A DNA stretch of 64,000 nucleotides from positions 1,798,001 to 1,862,000 of the forward strand of contig CM068747.1 of assembly GCA_035084275.1 (NCBI GenBank), read 5' to 3'. Positions within the stretch are counted from its first letter, which is position 1. Every line of letters starts with the position of its first letter. The notes below the pieces were generated by a model. It made no database searches. It was not told the DNA's origin and saw only the letters and a list, made by a program, of their open reading frames with translations. Made by a program: the position numbers and the translations under genes. The stretch comes from Hydrolagus colliei. Lineage: Eukaryota. Below, piece by piece: positions 61,852 through 64,000 of this stretch.

Positions 61852-62245
61852 ACAACAACAACAACAAAATTACATTTATAGAGCGCGTTTCACGTTGGGA
61901 GGACGTCCCAAGGCGTTAAACAGTCAGGGGTCGGAACCGAGCAAGGGAGAGTGGCAATGGAGAGGTGAGGGGAGGCAGAGAGGTGGGAAGGCAGCTGTAT
62001 GCATGGTCGAAAAGGGGGTCTTAAGACTGGCCTTGAAGAAGGCAACGGAGGAAGTGAGGCAGAGGAACTGCGAGATCGAGTTGGAGAGTGTGGGGCAGAG
62101 AAGCTAAAAGCCTAGCCACGGATGGTAGGGTGGGTCAAGCAGGAATCATGGAGCAGACCAGAGCCACAGAATGGAGGGAGCGGGCAGATTGGTAAGGAGT
62201 CAGCAGGTTGAAGAGGTAGGAAGGGGTAAGGCCATGGATGGCATG
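61852..62245 (-). mobile_element. L2 3' fragment abutting a SINE head
   Basis: (CAA)n tail at 61852, stem-loop gcgtttcacgttgggaggacgtcccaaggcg, ending near HAIHGLTPSYL. Confidence 0.8.
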
Positions 62246-63417
62246 TTTATCACACAATTTAAGTTCTAAAATCACCTTTTGAAGTTTTAAGGAATTAAGG
62301 TATTAAAAGCATTGTTACAATGCTCTAATATATCCACCAGGAATCATACATGTCCTGTTTGTCGGTATATAAAATATAAACACTCACAAGCAGAGATTTG
62401 ATCACTCAGGAAATTATATAAGGCTTGTTAGCTTAGCAGCAGTAAGACTAAAATTTCTCAACATTTACACACTGATGCGACATGAAAATAGGCTATTAAC
62501 TGGTCTGTGATGGTCCTTGTTTTATGCTAGTCATAAAATTATTGTGATTTAGGAATATATTTTAACAAGTACAGCCTGACCAAAAAGTTGTGGTTTCTAC
62601 CCTATTATCTAATAAAAATCCTGATTTCTTAAAAACGTATTAGACATCATAATGGTTTCACAGCGTTTTGGTCACTGTGTATAATAATATATAATGAGAG
62701 ATTATGCCTTCTGAAGTTAAGGTTTAAAGGATACAGCTTGTTTATTAGATTGAAGGAATCCAGTAAATGTTGAGCACATATACATATGTACAGACTTTCA
62801 AAGGCCTTTAATAAAATATCACATAAGAAACTCATATTGAAAACGAAAGCTGTTCGAATTAGGGACTAGGGAAATTGATTAGAAGTTGAGTCAATGTATT
62901 ACTGGAATTTCCCCCAAAGACAGAATGTGGATCTTAGGTGTGTTATAGAGAAAGTACAAAGTGGAGGCACTCTGTCAAATGGCACTCTGTCTTTTCGGTA
63001 TCTCCTAGGCATCGCTGCCTCCACCACCAGGAAATGATTGATACAGGAACCTATAAAGAAAAGTAGCAGGAAATTATTTTAAATTAGGTTGTTTTAAACA
63101 GAGTAGACCATAAAACAACAACTTGCATTTATTTAGAATCCCTCACACTGTGTAGTGTCTCAGAGCTATAAACAAACAGGTTGTGTAGAATACAAGTCAT
63201 AGAAAATAGTATTAATACATCTCCATATACCAAGCTGGTCAATCCACAAATTTAAAAGGCATTCTGTTGTGATTATACTGCTTTATCAGAAAAGGTTTAG
63301 AAGCACGACAAAGAAAGTTGTGTGGTGATAAAGAGCAAACAAAATAAAGATTTCTTCAGTAAGTTGAAGACTGAGAAGATTATGATTTGGAGTTTTAAAA
63401 TGCTAATTAAAATAGAT

Positions 63418-63731
63418 AATAATAATAGTGCTTGCATTTGAAATAGCACTTTTCATATCTTCTAGATGTCTCAAAATGCTTCACAGAATATACTGCATAT
63501 ATGAATTAACTGTACATATGTGAGCAAAACACGGCCGCCAATTGTGCACAGCAGTGTCTCACAAACAGTCACGGATTGAAATGACGAATTTATTGTTGCT
63601 TTTTTTTTGGAAGGATTATTATTAGGCATATGGAGTAAGGAAACTTGCCTAAGGTTTCACCCTGCCTGGAATTGAACCCAGGTCTCCCGCTTGTAAAGCA
63701 AGTGCTCTAACCACTGAGCTACAGAAGTCCA
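63418..63731 (-). mobile_element. Full-length tRNA-derived SINE
   Basis: TGTAGCTCAGTGGTTAGAGCAC...GGGTTCAATTCC head on minus; tail at 63418. Confidence 0.9.
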
Positions 63732-64000
63732 CACTCATGTAAATCAACCACCCACAAAGAAGCCATAACTATATGTATAGAGAATTCCACATCCTGCACT
63801 AAATTAGCTTCTGAGATGACTCAGATCACATTTATGGTTTGGTGAAGAGACTTTTTTTCAAAAAGGTTTTTGTGAGTTATATTATTTTCTGATATCTAAT
63901 AGATTCAGTCAGTATTAGTTTATCTTTCTTCTGTTTAATTTTATCAGACAAAGTTGGAGAGTTCCAAGTTAGTTGCCTTAATCTTCTAAACAGTTCTTGT

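Noticed and set aside
58546-64000. Coding exons of IKZF2 or another + strand gene
   Set aside because: No zinc-finger or otherwise recognisable coding exon found; ORFs such as 60930-61154 lack supporting splice or homology evidence.

Overview
Repeat-rich vertebrate genomic DNA. The mix of L2 and CR1 LINEs, tRNA-headed and Deu-domain SINEs, and Penelope-type repeats suggests a cartilaginous fish, possibly a chimaera (inference). The only host gene I can reconstruct is SPAG16 (PF20 orthologue, axonemal central-pair WD40 protein) on the minus strand: 11 coding exons (ATG 57595 to exon 11 at 296-439; 1148 nt in one open frame) continuing off the left edge. None of the exons appears as such in the ORF track. 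Intron 1 is a U12 (minor spliceosome) GT-AG intron. Exons 1-10 fit in 13.8 kb, followed by a 43.4 kb intron 10 with several repeat-free, CNE-like blocks. The CpG-rich promoter is built from a tandem duplication carrying RFX X-boxes and two TCTCGCGAGA motifs, and is interrupted by a Penelope-type insert with an intact-looking minimal hammerhead ribozyme core. Other points of note: a long L2 ORF2 with YADD changed to YAGD, an inverted L2 pair flanking exon 10, a Tigger/pogo transposon plus two MITEs, and several fold-back SINE structures. I cannot demonstrate a wholly new system. The best leads are the promoter hammerhead with a possible divergent transcript, and the inverted L2 pair around exon 10. 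Repeat boundaries are approximate and were read by eye.
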